A stretch of DNA of 64,000 nt from NCBI RefSeq assembly GCF_018350175.1, contig NC_058368.1, positions 151,902,001-151,966,000 of the forward strand, written 5' to 3'. Made by a program: the position numbers and the translations under genes. Within the stretch, counting starts at the first letter, position 1. Every line of letters begins with the position of its first letter. Below the pieces are notes generated by a model. It worked only from the letters and a program-made list of their open reading frames with translations, had not been told where the DNA came from and did not search any database. Shown piece after piece: positions 62,126 to 64,000 of the stretch. The DNA comes from Felis catus. Lineage: Eukaryota.

Positions 62126-63034
62126 AAAAAAGCCTGCTAGTATTGATTCAACTGGAATTGCATTGAATCTATAGATTTGTTTTGGAAAAATTAACATCTT
62201 GATAATATTGAATATTCTAATTCAAGGACACAGTATATCTGTCCATTTATTCAGGTCTTATATAATTTCTCTCAGTAATGTTTTGTAGTTTTCAGTGTAG
62301 AGATAACACAAATATTTTGTCAGATTTATCCCTAAGTATTTCATTATTTTTATGCTACCTCAAATGATACATTTCTTACAATTGTTCATTGACAGTTTAT
62401 AGAAATACAGTTGTTTTTATATTTGGCTCTGTATTGAGAAATCTTGATAAACATGTTTAAAGTTCTAGTAATGTTTTTGTAGATCATATATATTGTCTAC
62501 ACAGATTATCATATCATCTGCAAATAAAGACAGTTTTCAGTATTCCTTTCAACCTGAGTGATTTTACTTCTTTTTCTCTTCTTTAGAACCCCCATGACAG
62601 GTTGAACAGAAGCCCTAAGAGTAGATATTTTCATCTTGTTCATCATCCTAAGGGGAAAACACTTAATGTCTGACAATTACATATGCTATTAACTATAAAT
62701 TCACCTATAGGTACCCTTTATCAAATTGAAGAAGTTCTCTTCTATTTCTAATTTGTTGAGAATGTTTATCAGGAATCGATACTGGATTTTTGACAAATGT
62801 TTTCTCTGCCTCTATTGAGATCATCCATTATCTCCTTTTTCCTTAGTTTCAATAAGGTTGAATGTACTGAGGTTTGAATCATAAACAAATCTTGCATTCC
62901 TGTGATAAACTGCACTTCATTATGGTGTCTCATTCGTTTTCTACATTGTTGGATTTGATTTCTTAAACTGTTAAGAATTTCTACATCTAGTTCACGTGTG
63001 ATGTTGGCCCATAGCTTTCTTTTCTTAAAATATT

Positions 63035-63249
63035 GGTTTTCTTTTTTAAAATTTTTAAATGTTTATTTTTGGGAGAAAGAGAGCGTGAGGGGGAGAGGGA
63101 CAGAGAGAGGGAGATAACAGAATTGGAATCAGGCTCCAGTCTCCGAGCTGTCAGCACAGAGCCTGATGCGGGGCTCGAACTCATGAACCATGAGATCATG
63201 ACCTGAGCTGAAATTGGACCCTCAACCGACTGAGCCACCCAGGTGCCCC
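63035..63249 (-). mobile_element. CanSINE in L1
   Basis: Ends gccacccaggtgcccc. Short TSD aaaatatt 63027-63034 / 63250-63257. Confidence 0.96.
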
Positions 63250-63399
63250 AAAATATTTTTTTTCTATTTTGAGTATCAGGATAATGCTACTTTCCTTCCC
63301 TTTTCAATTTTTTGTAAGGCGTTTGGTATTATTTCTACATTAAATCTCTGATAAAAAGTCACAAGCTAGGATATTGGAACATGCTCATCCCATTATCCT

Positions 63400-64000
63400 T
63401 TTAAACATATCAATATTGTATGGATAACTATTTTAATGTTTTCTATTAATTCTATCCTCTGCGCTTCATTGTGTTTCCAGTGATAGATTTTTCTCATCGT
63501 GGTTTATAGCCTTTGCATCCACAGTAATTTTTTGTTTGATGCCAGATTTTTTTTTTTTTTAACCTCATGGGATACTGATAGATATTTTTTATTCCTTTAA
63601 ATATTCTGGAGCTTTGGCGTAGGATCCAAGTTATGTGAAAATAAATTGATCTTTTCCAAGTTTGCTTTTAGGCTTCATTAGGCAGTTCCGGGGTGGTCTT
63701 TTGTCTAGGGCTAATTTTGACCCCCCAATGAGGCAACACCAATTTTGAATATTCTACCATATGCCCTGTGTATTATGAGAGCTTTCTCTATCTGCATTGT
63801 GAGAATACCAACTATCCTTCGCGATCACCAGGGATTGCTCTGACAATTCCTTCCCAGAGTCTAATTCTCTGGCCTTGAGTAGTTTTCTTATATACATGCG
63901 CTTATTATGCATACACCTGAAGACTTGGGGAGAACCCTGTGCAGACTTTCAGAGCTCTATCTCTGTAGCTCTCTCTTAATACAGCTCTCTTTTATAGCAC
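63400..64000 (-). mobile_element. Old L1 ORF1 start / 5'UTR fragment, antisense
   Basis: gtaattttttgtttgatgccaga...ttgtctagggctaatt...gaagacttggggagaaccctgtgcagac resembles an L1M 5' end. Confidence 0.6.

Larger units (their letters stand above)
60435..63340 (-). mobile_element. Old L1 (L1MB/MC-like) 3'UTR and ORF2, antisense
   Basis: ctttattgaggtatgatt (3' end), ctttcactcagcata, ttttgcatttcctaatgactaatgat, gcattgaatctatagat, ttgcattcctgtgataaac are colinear antisense ORF2 landmarks. Confidence 0.9.

Overview
Eukaryotic, AT-rich mammalian genomic DNA, almost certainly felid: it carries tRNA-derived carnivore SINEs, three of them young Felis-type SINEC_Fc copies with intact CpGs, plus carnivore and ancient LINE-1, L2, MIR and MaLR fragments. 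I cannot support any protein-coding gene, RNA gene, CpG island or CRISPR array. The supplied ORFs are L1 fragments, SINE or microsatellite read-throughs, or chance frames. The window looks like a long intron or gene desert. L1 orientation bias and several minus-strand exon-like segments tentatively suggest a host transcript on the minus strand. The clearest unusual signals are mutational architecture: a 31-bp perfect inverted copy of L1 flank captured inside a purine-pyrimidine microsatellite, a nearby perfected hairpin plus tandem duplication, an L1 whose RT region is replaced by a stray 3' end, an L1 5'UTR fused to a 3'UTR, two opposite SINEs sharing one TTT/AAA nick site, and a cluster of templated-looking micro-rearrangements. 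I found no evidence of a novel biological system. Repeat family names come from recalled consensus similarity, and boundaries of old repeats are approximate.
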